A DNA stretch of 64,000 nucleotides from Octopus sinensis (lineage: Eukaryota). Position numbers and translations under genes: made by a program. Below, one piece after another: positions 12,718 through 24,213 of this stretch (within the stretch, counting starts at the first letter, position 1; each line of letters begins with the position of its first letter). Location of the stretch: the NCBI RefSeq assembly GCF_006345805.1, contig NC_043014.1:20460001-20524000 (forward strand). Direction: 5' to 3'. Below the pieces are notes generated by a model that saw only the letters and a list, made by a program, of their open reading frames with translations, was not told the DNA's origin and did no database searches.

Positions 12718-12980
12718 ATTGAACATATATTCATGTCTAGGTGTGTAAATATTTACATGTTTCAGTCAGTTATAATCTGTAAACGACTACAAGTGTTTAA
12801 ATGAGTAAAAATATGTACGTGTTTAGGCAGTGAACATACGCATGAGCTTACATCGGTGAATATATGTACATACTTAGATCAGTGAATACATATGGGTGTT
12901 TAGATTTGTGAATAGAGGTACAAATTTATATAAATAAATATGTCGCCTTTTAGACTAGTGAACATATTTTTATATATAAA

Positions 12981-13490
12981 CTAGCAGTATCGCCCGGCGT
13001 TGCTCGGGTTTGTAAGGGAAATAACTATATAAGCATTTTTAGAGAGTTACTTCCCTTATAGATGCCAATTCGGGCTTTCTTAGCCATTTCTGTTTTGGTG
13101 TCTTCAAGCCATGAAGTCGTTGTTCTAAAAGAACGCTGGTCTCCTTGACAACGCTTTACGACGTTGATTTCCTTACACTCCCTTCCCCACAGCTTCACGA
13201 GGGAGGGAAGAAGGGGGAGAAGCAAACAGGTGCAGGTGTGACCATGGACGCCAACTCCGCCGCCATCGACACACGAAAAATTATGCATTAAAATGGAATA
13301 AAAAATGATGTTAAATTATTTTTAAAATCGTAGACTCATCGTAGACGCGCGCTAATACTCAGACGGGCTCGATATGAATCACGACTATAAGATACCCGGT
13401 TTTGGTTAAACTGCACCGCAAAATGTGGGAGTAGTTAGGAATCTAAATCGAAGGGGACAGACACTCACACTACAGTTTTATATATATAGA
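12981..13490 (-). mobile_element. Non-autonomous Helitron-like element with an extra internal segment
   Basis: 5' TCTATATATATAAAAC at 13490; 3' CCCGAGCAACGCCGGGCGATACTGCTAG ending at 12981; about 240 bp (13050-13290) is absent from the neighbouring plus-strand copy. Confidence 0.8.
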
Positions 13491-13770
13491 AGTGAAGTTG
13501 TGTGTCTGTCTCCTACGATTTAGATTCCTAACTACTCCCACATTTTGCGGTGCAGTTTAACCAAAACCGGGTATCTTATAGTCGTGATTCATCGAGCCCT
13601 TCTGGGTATTAGCGCGCGTCTACGATGAGTCTACGATTTTAAAAAAAATTTACCATAATTTTTTCCCCATTTTTAATGCATTTTTTTGCTTCTTTTGGCT
13701 ATAACTCTCTAAAAATGCTTATATCGTTATTTCCCTTACAAACCCGAGCAACGCCGGGCGATACTGCTAG
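13491..13770 (+). mobile_element. Non-autonomous Helitron-like element, head-to-head with 12981-13490
   Basis: Inverted copy of the same 5' region; same hairpin plus CTAG end (13767-13770). Confidence 0.8.
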
Positions 13771-13920
13771 TATATATATATATATACAAATGTATACTTC
13801 TGCTTACAAATGTATATGCGTATATACTGTATATATAGTTGCATATATAACTGCGCATGTACACATATATTCGTATACGCATATACATATACACACATAC
13901 ATCGATATCATGTTGATTCG

Positions 13921-14115
13921 CTAGCTTCTGCACGCAAATTTCTTTTCTCTCCTTCTTTCTGTGTTTTTTCTCTGTGTATCTTTCTGTTGAAGAGCGCAGG
14001 CTCGAAAAGTTAAAGACTTGTTTTATTTATATTTCCTGAGCGCCATACTAATACAATTGTTTGTTTGTATTCCACCTGCCTTCGTCTTTTGTTTATTTCC
14101 GTAAACCTGCCTTCG
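13921..14115 (+). mobile_element. Fragment of a Penelope-type terminal repeat carrying a hammerhead-like motif (13980-14015)
   Basis: CTTT-CTGTTGA-A-GAGC-GCAG-GCTC-GAAA-AG-TT-AAAG; homologous to minus-strand copies near 48249 and 49228. Confidence 0.55.
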
Positions 14116-14145
14116 TCTTTTGTTATATATATATATATTTAGAGA

Positions 14146-14182
<37 letters not shown>

Positions 14183-14475
14183 ATAGATAGATAGATAGAT
14201 AGATAGATACCAAATGTATTCACACTGACTTGGTCGACCTGAGGTTATTGTAGAAGAGACATGCCCAACGTAAACCGGCAGCATGTATTTTGGGAAGCAA
14301 ATTTCTTACCACACAGCCCCGCCGGCGCCGGAAACAAAACTATATAAATTTGTGGGGAGGTATAGATGTGTATGTGGGGCCTGTGCATGTGCATGTGTAG
14401 GTATGTATGTTTGTATGTTTATACATATGTACGTATGCCTGTATATATATATATATATATATATATAGTTAATCC

Positions 14476-14720
14476 GAACATGAACAAAAAAAAACACAAC
14501 AACGCGGGGACGTGGAATAAGTATAGTGTTATTGGACGCTCAGGAAAGAAAAGAAAGAAGGGGGATTTAACGTTTCGAGCGTAGCTCTTCGTCAGACATA
14601 TAGAAAACAGGAAAAGTCCAAGGAAGGGAAGACGGAGAAAGAAAATCGCCAACGACATACACGCGATCACATATCGAAATGACCGGAAGAAAAAGTTATT
14701 TCAAAGACAGGAGAGTGCAA
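14476..14720 (-). mobile_element. Related Penelope-type terminal repeat with hammerhead-like motif (14565-14597); approximate bounds
   Basis: Minus strand ATGT-CTGACGA-A-GAGC-TAC-GCTC-GAAA-CG-TT-AAAT; canonical CUGANGA core. Confidence 0.55.
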
Positions 14721-14778
14721 GAGAAGGAGGTATGTGTGGGTATGTGCACGCAGTAGTGTGTGTGTATATGTAATGATA

Positions 14779-14818
<40 letters not shown>

Positions 14819-14903
14819 TTGTGGCTGTCTATCTATGTGTGTGATTGGGCTTAGTATCGTTAAGGTCATAGGAAGAATTTACAGTAAGAATTTTGCTAGG
14901 AGT

Positions 14904-15006
<103 letters not shown>

Positions 15007-15152
15007 TATTTATATATTGGCACGATTATGTGGTAAGAATCTTGCTTCCCAAACACATGGTTCCGGCAAGTGTCTTCGATTAAAGCCGTGTAAGAAGATT
15101 TGGTAGAGGGAAACTGAAAAGTACCAGACCCAAGTGTTTGAGAAGCAAGCTT

Positions 15153-17141
15153 CTTTATTTCATTAAATTTTCCACAAGGGCAGCACACAGAGAGAAGCTT
15201 GAGGGCTAGACAGAGACATTAATGGGATGAATGATGATGATATATGGATGATAAGGATGGGAGAAGACGAAAAGCGCCCGACGACTTTCGCTTCTGTAAA
15301 ACATTGTTCTTTTTTTCTCTTTCTTTTAAAAACACAATGAGGCAATAAACCTCTTACACAGTTCAAAATGAAAAATAAAACACAAACACGAGGTAATAAT
15401 CCTCTCACTTTTTACATTTTTAGTCTCTTTTTGAGGTAATATACCTCTTCAATTTTCCGCCTGGCCAGGCTCCTCGCTTCATCGAAGCACGTGGTCCGTT
15501 CCGAACTTAAAGGTTTCAACATAAATCTGAAGGAGTTCGTTATTTTCCATAGATAGTTCCCCCATATGACCTCTGCAGCCACCTCCGTGTAGGACAGAAG
15601 CCCCTCCCACCGGCACTTCCTTTCAATTTTTTTGATTTCATTTTGCAAGGTTCCTCCCTTGTGGAAGAGGACCAAAAATTCCTCCTCCAGCAGCAAACCT
15701 GCCAAAGGAGAATCGGGACACGCCGACAGCGTATCACAACCTGCCGGCAATGTCCCGTTTTTCTTTTTTCTTTTCTTTTTCCCTTGGGCTGCGGGAGGGT
15801 GGGGTTCCCTTGCTGTGTCCAGTAGGTCCTCCTTTTCTCCCGCAGCTCTCGGGTTCTTCGGTGGGCAACCCACCTTTCGCTTTCGTTTTTTCGAGGAGGT
15901 GGAAACCTCCTCGACATCCTCCTCCTTCTCTCCCCCCATTGAGGGAGCAGGGAGTAGTTCCTCTGTTAACTGCTCCAGGATCCTATTTTGGTCCTTGGGG
16001 CAGTTTTTCTTGATGTGGCCAGTCTCCAGGCATAGGTGACACTTGGAGGGGGGCGTACCTCGAGCATCACCAGATACCTAGATCCGGCCATCCTCAAAAA
16101 ATCTGGGAAAACCAGACTTTCGGCTGATTGGGTCCATAGGGTCAACACAGCTTTTGACCCCTCCCAATCAGCCGCAGGCAAAATTTTTACATTGAGCAGA
16201 TTGGTACTGCACCCAGACCCCGGCGGATAGAGTCCTCTATCCACTCGGGCTCAACTCCGGGTGGCAAACTGCAGATCCAAGCTTTCAATAATTTCTTTCC
16301 ACAGTAGCTTGGAAGAAACATTATTTCCTTCCCCTCGAAGGGCCGGCTTGCAAAATCGCAAGCTTCTTTGGGGGTGTCAAATAACAACCAGACCGTTGCA
16401 AATTTGACTCCTCGTGAAATAAACTTAATAGCTGGCATGTATTCTGCCAGCTCTTTCAAAATTGTGGCTTTCGGGAAGACGGTTATGGTATCGAGCAGTT
16501 TTGAATAAGTCCTCAACACCATCGTCTTCCTTTCGAGCTCTTTTAGCCATGATTTGGGAGGTGTTAATTCCCACACTAATATTTCCTTTGCCATTTTTTT
16601 TTTAAATAAAAAGTTCAAATATAGTTCGTCAATACGTTTTCAAATAAAGAAAGATACACAAAAAAAGAAAGAAGACACAACAGAAGAGAAGAAAAAATAA
16701 AAACAACAGTTCAAATAAAGTTCTTTTTTTTTAAATAAATGATAGCTGTGAAAAGAGAGTTCAGATCCAGGCAAAGAAATACATTTTCGGCCGAAAGGTA
16801 CTCCTGGCCAATTCTTTTAATCCACGTGGGCACAAAAATTTTCAAATATAATTTCTCACAATTATGTGAGACAACACACACTCTCCGCCGCAAGGCAGAC
16901 AGAAAGCTTCGAATTCAGTAAGGGCTCCCTGCCTGTTCAAAAAAAAAAACAAAAACCAACAGGCAACAAATCCTACCAGATTCAAAAGACAAAAAGTCTT
17001 ACCTTACAGCGTCTTTCAGTTCAACTTTCGCCAGCTGCATACCTGCGTGACGACTTTTAACAGGTGCGTGAAGAACACTGTTTTTCTTTTTTTTTCTTTT
17101 TAGGACGGAGCTCAGACCGAGGCATCCTCTCAGTTCAACCG
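15153..17141 (-). mobile_element. ORF1-only Tx1/L1-like retroelement (~2.0 kb) flanked by an 11-bp target-site duplication
   Basis: GAAGCAAGCTT at 15142-15152 and 17142-17152; single gag-like ORF; AATAAA at the 3' end; no endonuclease or RT between the duplications. Confidence 0.8.
15412..16594 (-). pseudogene. Gag-like ORF1 protein (~390 aa) with CCHC zinc knuckle, two frameshifts
   Basis: Joining ORFs 16187-16618, 15966-16244 and 15412-15939 gives MAKEILVW...ICSLPPGVEPEWI...LE.RPP-KCHLCLETGHIKKNCP (C-X2-C-X4-H-X4-C) followed by a Lys/Glu-rich region; frameshifts near 16205 and 16050. Confidence 0.75.
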
Positions 17142-17510
17142 GAAGCAAGCTTTTAACAACACAACCACGCCTATATAGAAGTATCATCCTGTCAACACCT
17201 CAAATGTGAATTGTCCCCTGAAGACAGAGGCGGTGTTATTCGATGATGGAATCAAGTAACAACCATTATTCAGGCTCCCAGAAACAGCTGTTGGATTCGT
17301 AATACTAAACACCTTTAATTCCTGATCTCATTTATATTCTATGTAAGTCGGACTATTTTATATGCATACATATGTACATTTTTTGTATTAAATGCATTTA
17401 ATATTCAGTGTACATTGACTTGGCTAAAATACATATCCTTACAAACCTGCTCAAGTTCAAATCTCTTGAAGAATACTCCATAGAGAGATGCCTGTCTCTA
17501 ATATGCATAT

Positions 17511-17735
17511 GTGTGTGTGTGTCTTCGTGTCTGTGTTGTCCCCCACTATCGATTGACAACCGATTTTGTGTTTACGCCCCCGTAACATATTGCTTCGGCA
17601 AAAGAGAACGATAGAATAAGTACTAGGCTTACAAAGAATAAATCCTGAGATCGATTTGTTCGACTAAAACCCTTTAAGGCGAGGCTGAAGCATAGTTGCA
17701 ATCAAATGACTGAAACAATTAAAAGAATAAAAGAA
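17511..17735 (+). mobile_element. SINE family A 3' half
   Basis: TTGACAACCGA...GATAGAATAAGTACTAGGCTTACAAAGAATA...CAAATGACTGAAACAA. Confidence 0.8.
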
Positions 17736-17775
17736 TATATTTATATATATATTCTCTTTTATTCTTTATTCTTTT

Positions 17776-17806
<31 letters not shown>

Positions 17807-17807
<1 letters not shown>

Positions 17808-18199
17808 GGCGCAGGAGTGGCTGTGTGGTACCACATGGTTCCGGGTTCAGTCCCACTGCGTGGCATCTTGGGCAAGTGTCTTCTACTATAGCGTCGGGCC
17901 GACCAAAGCCTTGTGAGTGGATTTGGTAGACGGAAACTGAAAAGAAGCCCGTCGTATATATGTATATATGTATATATGCGTGTGTGTGTTTGTGTGTCTG
18001 TGTTTGTCCCCCTAGCATTGCTTGACAACCGATGCTGGTATGTTTATGTCACCGTTACTTAGCGGTTGGGCAAAAGAGACCGATAGAATAAGTACTGGGC
18101 TTACAAAAAGAATAAGTCCCGGGGTCGAGCTGCTCGATTAAAGGCGGTGCTCCAGCATGGCCGCAGTCAAATGACTGGAACAAGTAAAAGAGTAAAAGA

Positions 18200-18200
<1 letters not shown>
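17807..18200 (+). mobile_element. SINE family A, full-length young-looking copy
   Basis: AGGCGCAGGAGTGGCTGTGTGGT head, GGTTCAGTCCC B-box-like motif, internal (TA)/(TG) tract, GTAAAAGA repeats at the tail. Confidence 0.9.
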
Positions 18201-18248
<48 letters not shown>

Positions 18249-18298
18249 TACACATATATATATATATATATACATCCATATATATACATATACACCCA

Positions 18299-18339
<41 letters not shown>

Positions 18340-18345
18340 CATAAG

Positions 18346-18458
18346 GTAAAGTCACTCACCACATCAAAGCGGCTGTTCCATATGCCTGAGGTCCATGTGC
18401 CTGGGATTAAACTAGTAGAAGCATGGAACAGCTACTTCGATGTTGTGATTGACTTTAC
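18346..18458. repeat. Inverted repeat with 36-bp arms and ~41-bp spacer (MITE-like)
   Basis: GTAAAGTCACTCACCACATCAAAGCGGCTGTTCCAT versus the reverse complement of ATGGAACAGCTACTTCGATGTTGTGATTGACTTTAC: 31 of 36 identical. Confidence 0.8.
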
Positions 18459-18672
18459 TTTTTAATGTAGTTATTACTCTGTTCTCTTCTTAAGATTTTA
18501 CAGCTAGCTATTTTGCGTGTTGCAAATCAGTGACCGATGGCTGCTTTGCTTACAATATAACGTTAGCTGAAGCAGACGCCGGTCATCACTCTGGCGGACA
18601 GGTGCTCGCGACTATGGTTGAGCCAAAAGTCTTGAAATTGAGTCAGTGTTGCGATTCTGTTACATGCTAGAG

Positions 18673-18700
18673 CAGCGGTTCTCAAACTGGGGGTCCGTAG
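18673..18700 (+). mobile_element. Orphan hAT (Charlie-like) terminal sequence
   Basis: CAGCGGTTCTCAAACTGGGGGTCC preceded by TGCTAGAG; resembles the ends of 34701-35033; no partner end seen. Confidence 0.5.
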
Positions 18701-19117
18701 TGCCCTAGAAGACCAATAAGCGATTTTAGATGGATCGTGAAGGGATGCTGAAGTATCGTAAAAACGAGTGGCGTGACACAGCAAATTTAAATTTCAAAAC
18801 TTACAATTTTTCGCATGCTATCATCCTTTTTTGTCGTTGACCTTAAAGCACCACCTCTCTCCTACACACTCATTTGCTAATCACACTCGTTCTATAACAA
18901 GTGTGATTTGCTGATGGAAAATATGTGGGTATAACGGTTGATCGTGCATGTGCTGTCGGTATTCTTCGCCCACATGATTCACCACTCCACTATTGCAATC
19001 CACACATATCAGTCACCGTCGTTATCCTCACCGATAACGTTCTCACATGACCTTGCCATTTGCTCTTTGCCTCTAAGAACTGCAGTTACTTGCTCCATTA
19101 GCACGGAAATGTGTTAT

Positions 19118-19162
<45 letters not shown>

Positions 19163-19167
19163 GCATG

Positions 19168-19222
<55 letters not shown>

Positions 19223-19666
19223 CACATATATATGAAACTATATCCATACATGCATGTATAATATACATGTGTACATGTGTACAGTGTATATATATATATA
19301 ATATATATATATGTGTATATATGTATATATATGTTTGTGTGTGTGTGTGTATGTGTGAGTTTTTATGAGTGTATATGAGTGTATGTGCACGCGCATGTGA
19401 GCTTGTGTCTTTAATAATGTTCTGTACTTCTTGGCATCAAACTCCGTGCTTTTCCATACAAATTCATGTTGAAGCTTAAATACCGATTGTCACATGGAAT
19501 TTTCTGGTACAATAATTTGATTGCTGACTGCAAGATTTTATTTCTTATTTCTAGTATCGTCATCGTCTACTGCAAGCAATTTTCAGTGGCAGCGTTTGTC
19601 TGCCATGCGATCATTCCTGCTGCAAGCACTTTAAATTTGTACATTGTGCTCTCGTATATATATATA

Positions 19667-19726
<60 letters not shown>

Positions 19727-19784
19727 TATGCATATATATGTATATATACACACACACACATATATATATATTAAAGTGTGTGTT

Positions 19785-19839
<55 letters not shown>

Positions 19840-21202
19840 GTCTGTGTGAGCGCGTGTGTGCGTATGTGTGAGTATAAAATTTGATATGTATATTTATTCT
19901 GTTTCGAGCTTTCTTGATATCTGAAGCTTAATGCACACAGACAGTCACACACACCCTGAATGGAGGAGGAGGAGGAGGACGACCACAACGTGTTGTCAAC
20001 GCTGAAAGTACTAAAAGTAATCGTATATTGGTATCACAATTGTTCATCACCTTATTCTCAGTAATTTTACTTTAATTCGTTGATATGAAGTGTATATTGG
20101 CAGCAATAAACATAATAATAATAATAGTTACTTCATTTGCCACAAGGGCGACGGAAAGGAAAAATACAAGAATAATAACACAGCAAGGTCGATCTTAGCC
20201 GGAAATGAACTCAGTACGTAATGTAATATCTGTGATTAAATCCCGCAAGTCACTTAATTGTTTTATCGATTCTACATCTCCGCAATTTCTTAAATGATTT
20301 CTTTCTGGCATAAGGCTACAGGTCTTACAATTACACAGAATCGATTTATTTCATTGACACTGGTAATATAAAAAGCTGACTTTCAAACTCATGACATGTA
20401 CATATTGCCTTTTTATTATATATTTCATGAATTTTCTGAACACTACGCTCGTTAGTTTCGAATAGACTAATCACTAGTTCACTCCATTTCTTATGGCGAG
20501 GGCATCAAGGAAGTGCTTTTGCAACTTCGACAGAAAAATAATACTTCAAATTATTTGTTCCATACACCAGTAATACTTTTACAGATATATTATTCCCCGA
20601 TATGGATATCTTTGGAATATAAAAACATACATACATGCATATGTTCTTATTAGTTTCATTTTCAAAAAATATCTTCGGATAAATGCACTGAAGTACATTT
20701 TCAACATAAGAAAGTAGCTATAATCAACTGGTGAGATTAATTTGAAACTTGATATGTAAATTACTGCTGTATACATCTTAGCAGTTCAGGAAAGTGGGAT
20801 CTCGTATTGCAGGTCGCGAAGCTATCAAAAGAAATTCTAGTAGACTTTTGAATTGGTTCAAGACTTTAACGAAATATCTCTGTTGGTTACAGGAAAATAT
20901 ATGTTGCTCTTACGTGCACTATTGGCCATAAAATATACACAACGAATAAATATGTGAATAGACCAGTAGATTCTTCCCTCAAGAAAACTGCAATAAGCAT
21001 AAAGGACAACTGAAACGCTGGCAATAACAGTGTGGCAGGACTACTACTGCTATATGGACAATCGCCAGCTGCATGTAAACAAACAGAAATGAAAAATATA
21101 CATTTCTACTCTAGGCAAAAAGCCCGAAATTTTTGTGGAGGGGTCCAGTCGATTAGATCGAACCCAGTACGCAACTGGTACTTAATTTATCGACTCCGAA
21201 AG

Positions 21203-21270
21203 GAGAAGAAGAAGAAGAAGAAGAAGAAGAAGAAGAAGAAGAAGAAGAAGAAGAAGAAGAAGAAGAAGAA
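21203..21270. repeat. (GAA)n microsatellite
   Basis: Direct reading. Confidence 0.95.
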
Positions 21271-24052
21271 GGAATCTTAAAATATATAAAACATTCCATG
21301 AATAAATGCCAAACAGTGCTACAGCTCCAGACAGGAGAGAGACTCATAAAAACCAAAGCCAAGAGGAATATTCCAAGGAGTCACGGTTTCTCCATTCCTT
21401 TTCTGCTTGGCACTGACACCTTTATCTGACATGCTAAACAGAACTGGATGTGGATACATCTGTTACGGCAAAACAATCAGCCATCTCCTATATATGGTTG
21501 ATCTAAAACTGTACGCTATAAATGATAAACAGCTGGATACATTACTACAGACAGTATATGGATTTACCGAAGAAATAAACATGGAATTTGGCAAAAAAAA
21601 TTGTAGCAAAGCAAATTTGAAAAGAAGAAAATTAGTTAAGAGTAGCAACATCACACTAGATAAAGCAAATGAAATAAGAGAATTAGACCAAAGTCAGGCA
21701 TACAAGTACTCAGGAATCAATGAACTATTTACAATACAATACACACAAATGAAAGAGAAGATAAGAAAGGAATGCTACAGACGAGTTAAATTAATACTGA
21801 TGACAGAGCTCAATGCGAAAAACAAGATAATAAGTATCAACACTTTAGTTGTCCCAGTTATAATTTACAACTACAATATCCCTAACTGGACACTAAATGT
21901 ACTAATCAAAATATACATGAAGACAAGAAGAATAATGACAGGATTTAGGAAGCACCACCCAAATTCTGACTTAGAACGGTTATATATACAACGTATCGAA
22001 GGTGGTAGAGGCCTTCTACAGCTAGAAAACCATTACAAAATAATCGTTATAGGACCACAGAAATATCTACTTCAGAAACAAAAAAGAAACTGATACAAAT
22101 AGCCACAAAACAGGAACAAAAAACTGTTTACAGTCTTTGGGGAAGCTAACAAATACAAAAAAGGAGTCATAGTACCTAGCAACTATGAAGAAAAAGGGGA
22201 AACAACGAAATCTGTAAAACAACTGCAGTCCAAACTAAAACTGGAACAGCAACGGATCATGATGAAACGATAGCAAGTAAAGCCCCTTCATGGCAAATAT
22301 TGGGCTAAACTAAACAGAAAATAAATAGACAAAGCAAAATCCCAACAATGGCTTAGAAGCTCAGGACTCAAAGCAGAGACTAAATGATTTTTAATCGCAT
22401 CACAAGAACAAAGACTTCCCACCAGAAATCACCAAAAGCACGTAATGAAATGAAATACAACTGGAGAATATATGAAGATGAAGAAACAATAAATCATATT
22501 GTCTCTAGCTACTCAGTCCTGGCTAAGATGGAATATATTCACATACGCGACAGAGTTGGGACTTATATATACTGGAAGCTATACCAAAACTATGGAATAA
22601 GATGGTATAGGCACACGTCACGTTATAAAGGGAGATAGAAAGTTTGTTAGTAGCAGCCTAAGATCAAGTTTTGAGGACTAATTGGATAAAAGCCAAGATA
22701 GACAAAAAAAAACTAATACAAATAGCCACAAAACAGGAACAAAAAACTGTTTACAGTCTTTGGGGAAGCTAACAAATACAAAAAAGAAGTCATAGTACCT
22801 AGCAACTATGAAGAAAAAGGGGAAACAACGAAATCTGTAAAACAACTAAGTAGATTTCCAGTGTAAATCAAAACAGAAAAGTTTTACTCATATAGTAAAT
22901 GAATGTAGCATGCTGGCACAGAAAGAGTACGAGAAAAGACATGACGACATAGGGAGAATAATCCACTGGGAGTTATCTAGAAAGCTAGGATTTGACCATA
23001 CTGAAAAATGATATGAACATGAACCTAAAAAAGTACTAGTTATTAAGAAATATAACATGTAGGACTTTAACATTCAGATTGACAGCGTAATAGGAGCTAG
23101 AAAGCCTAGTTCAGTAGTTGTAGTCAAAGAAAATAGAAAGTACCACATAATTGATTTTACAGTCCCAAATGAAGAGGTATAGAGAAAATAGCAAAGTATA
23201 AGGACCTAGCCATTGAGTGACAGAGACTATAGAATGTGCAGGTAAAATTCATGGACAATATTATAGAGATGTTGAAGATAAGACAGACAGAGAAAACAGA
23301 TGACTGTGGGTGACTAAATGTGATTTACAACCGGAAGCGCAGGCTCTAATCTGTGCTGCCCAAAAGCAAACACTAAGAACAAACTACATAAAATACAGAA
23401 TAGACAACATATCAGAAAGTGATAAGTGCAGAAACTGTGGACAAAATGGCATATTACCGATCAATGTACGCCACTAGCCCAGAAGGAATATAAAAGACGC
23501 CACGACAATATAGCAAGGCTTGTTCATTGGATACTTTGCAACAAGTATGGACTTGACAGAGCAAAAATTGGTACGACCACAAACCCAAAAGCATAATCAA
23601 AAATGATAATGCAAAGGTCCTCTAGGATTTCATTATTCAGTGCGACCATGAGATAGGGAATAGGAAACCAGACGTAGTGTTAATTGAGAAAGTAAACAAG
23701 CTATGCTGGGTCATAGATATATCATGCCCAGCTGACAACAGAGTATGCGATAAATAAGAAAGGAAAGTCGATAGATATGACAGGTTAGCTTGGAAGGTTA
23801 AGTAGTTATGGTCGATGAAAAAGGTGGTAGTAGTACCAATAATTGTCGGAGCCCTGAGAACAGTGAGTAAAATTCTTGAGAAGTACATAGAACAAATAGG
23901 GGCTGTGATAAGGTTGGAGCACTTGCAGAAAACAGTACTGCTTGGAACCGCTCGAATACTCCGGAAGGTGCTCGAAAATTGAGAGGTGTTACCTTAGTTC
24001 ACTGGTAGTGAACAGCTGACACATCTCCAGCGTTAGAAGCATTTGCAAATGC
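21271..24052 (+). mobile_element. 5'-truncated R4/Dong-type non-LTR retrotransposon mosaic (three subfamily segments)
   Basis: RT (HLLYMVDLKLYA, HHPNSDLERLYIQR) then three successive copies of the zinc-knuckle/RHD region; the last continues through RKPDVVLI...IDISCP...KYDRL-like RLE to GTARILRKVLEN* (23982) and a (TAA)n tail. Confidence 0.88.
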
Positions 24053-24096
<44 letters not shown>

Positions 24097-24114
24097 TAAT
24101 AATAATAATAATAA

Positions 24115-24145
<31 letters not shown>

Positions 24146-24213
24146 AAGAAGAAGAAGAAGAAGAAGAAGAAGAAGAAGAAGAAGAAGAAGAAGAAGAAGA
24201 AGAAGAAGAAGAA
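24053..24213. repeat. (TAA)n followed by (GAA)n
   Basis: Direct reading; switch near 24117. Confidence 0.95.

Noticed and set aside
15632-16039. Plus-strand ORFs overlapping the gag-like gene
   Set aside because: Antisense shadows of a purine-rich coding strand; no motifs.
16640-17005. Possible 5' UTR intron in the ORF1-only element (AG|GTAAGA plus pyrimidine tract)
   Set aside because: No AG acceptor between the pyrimidine tract and the start codon.
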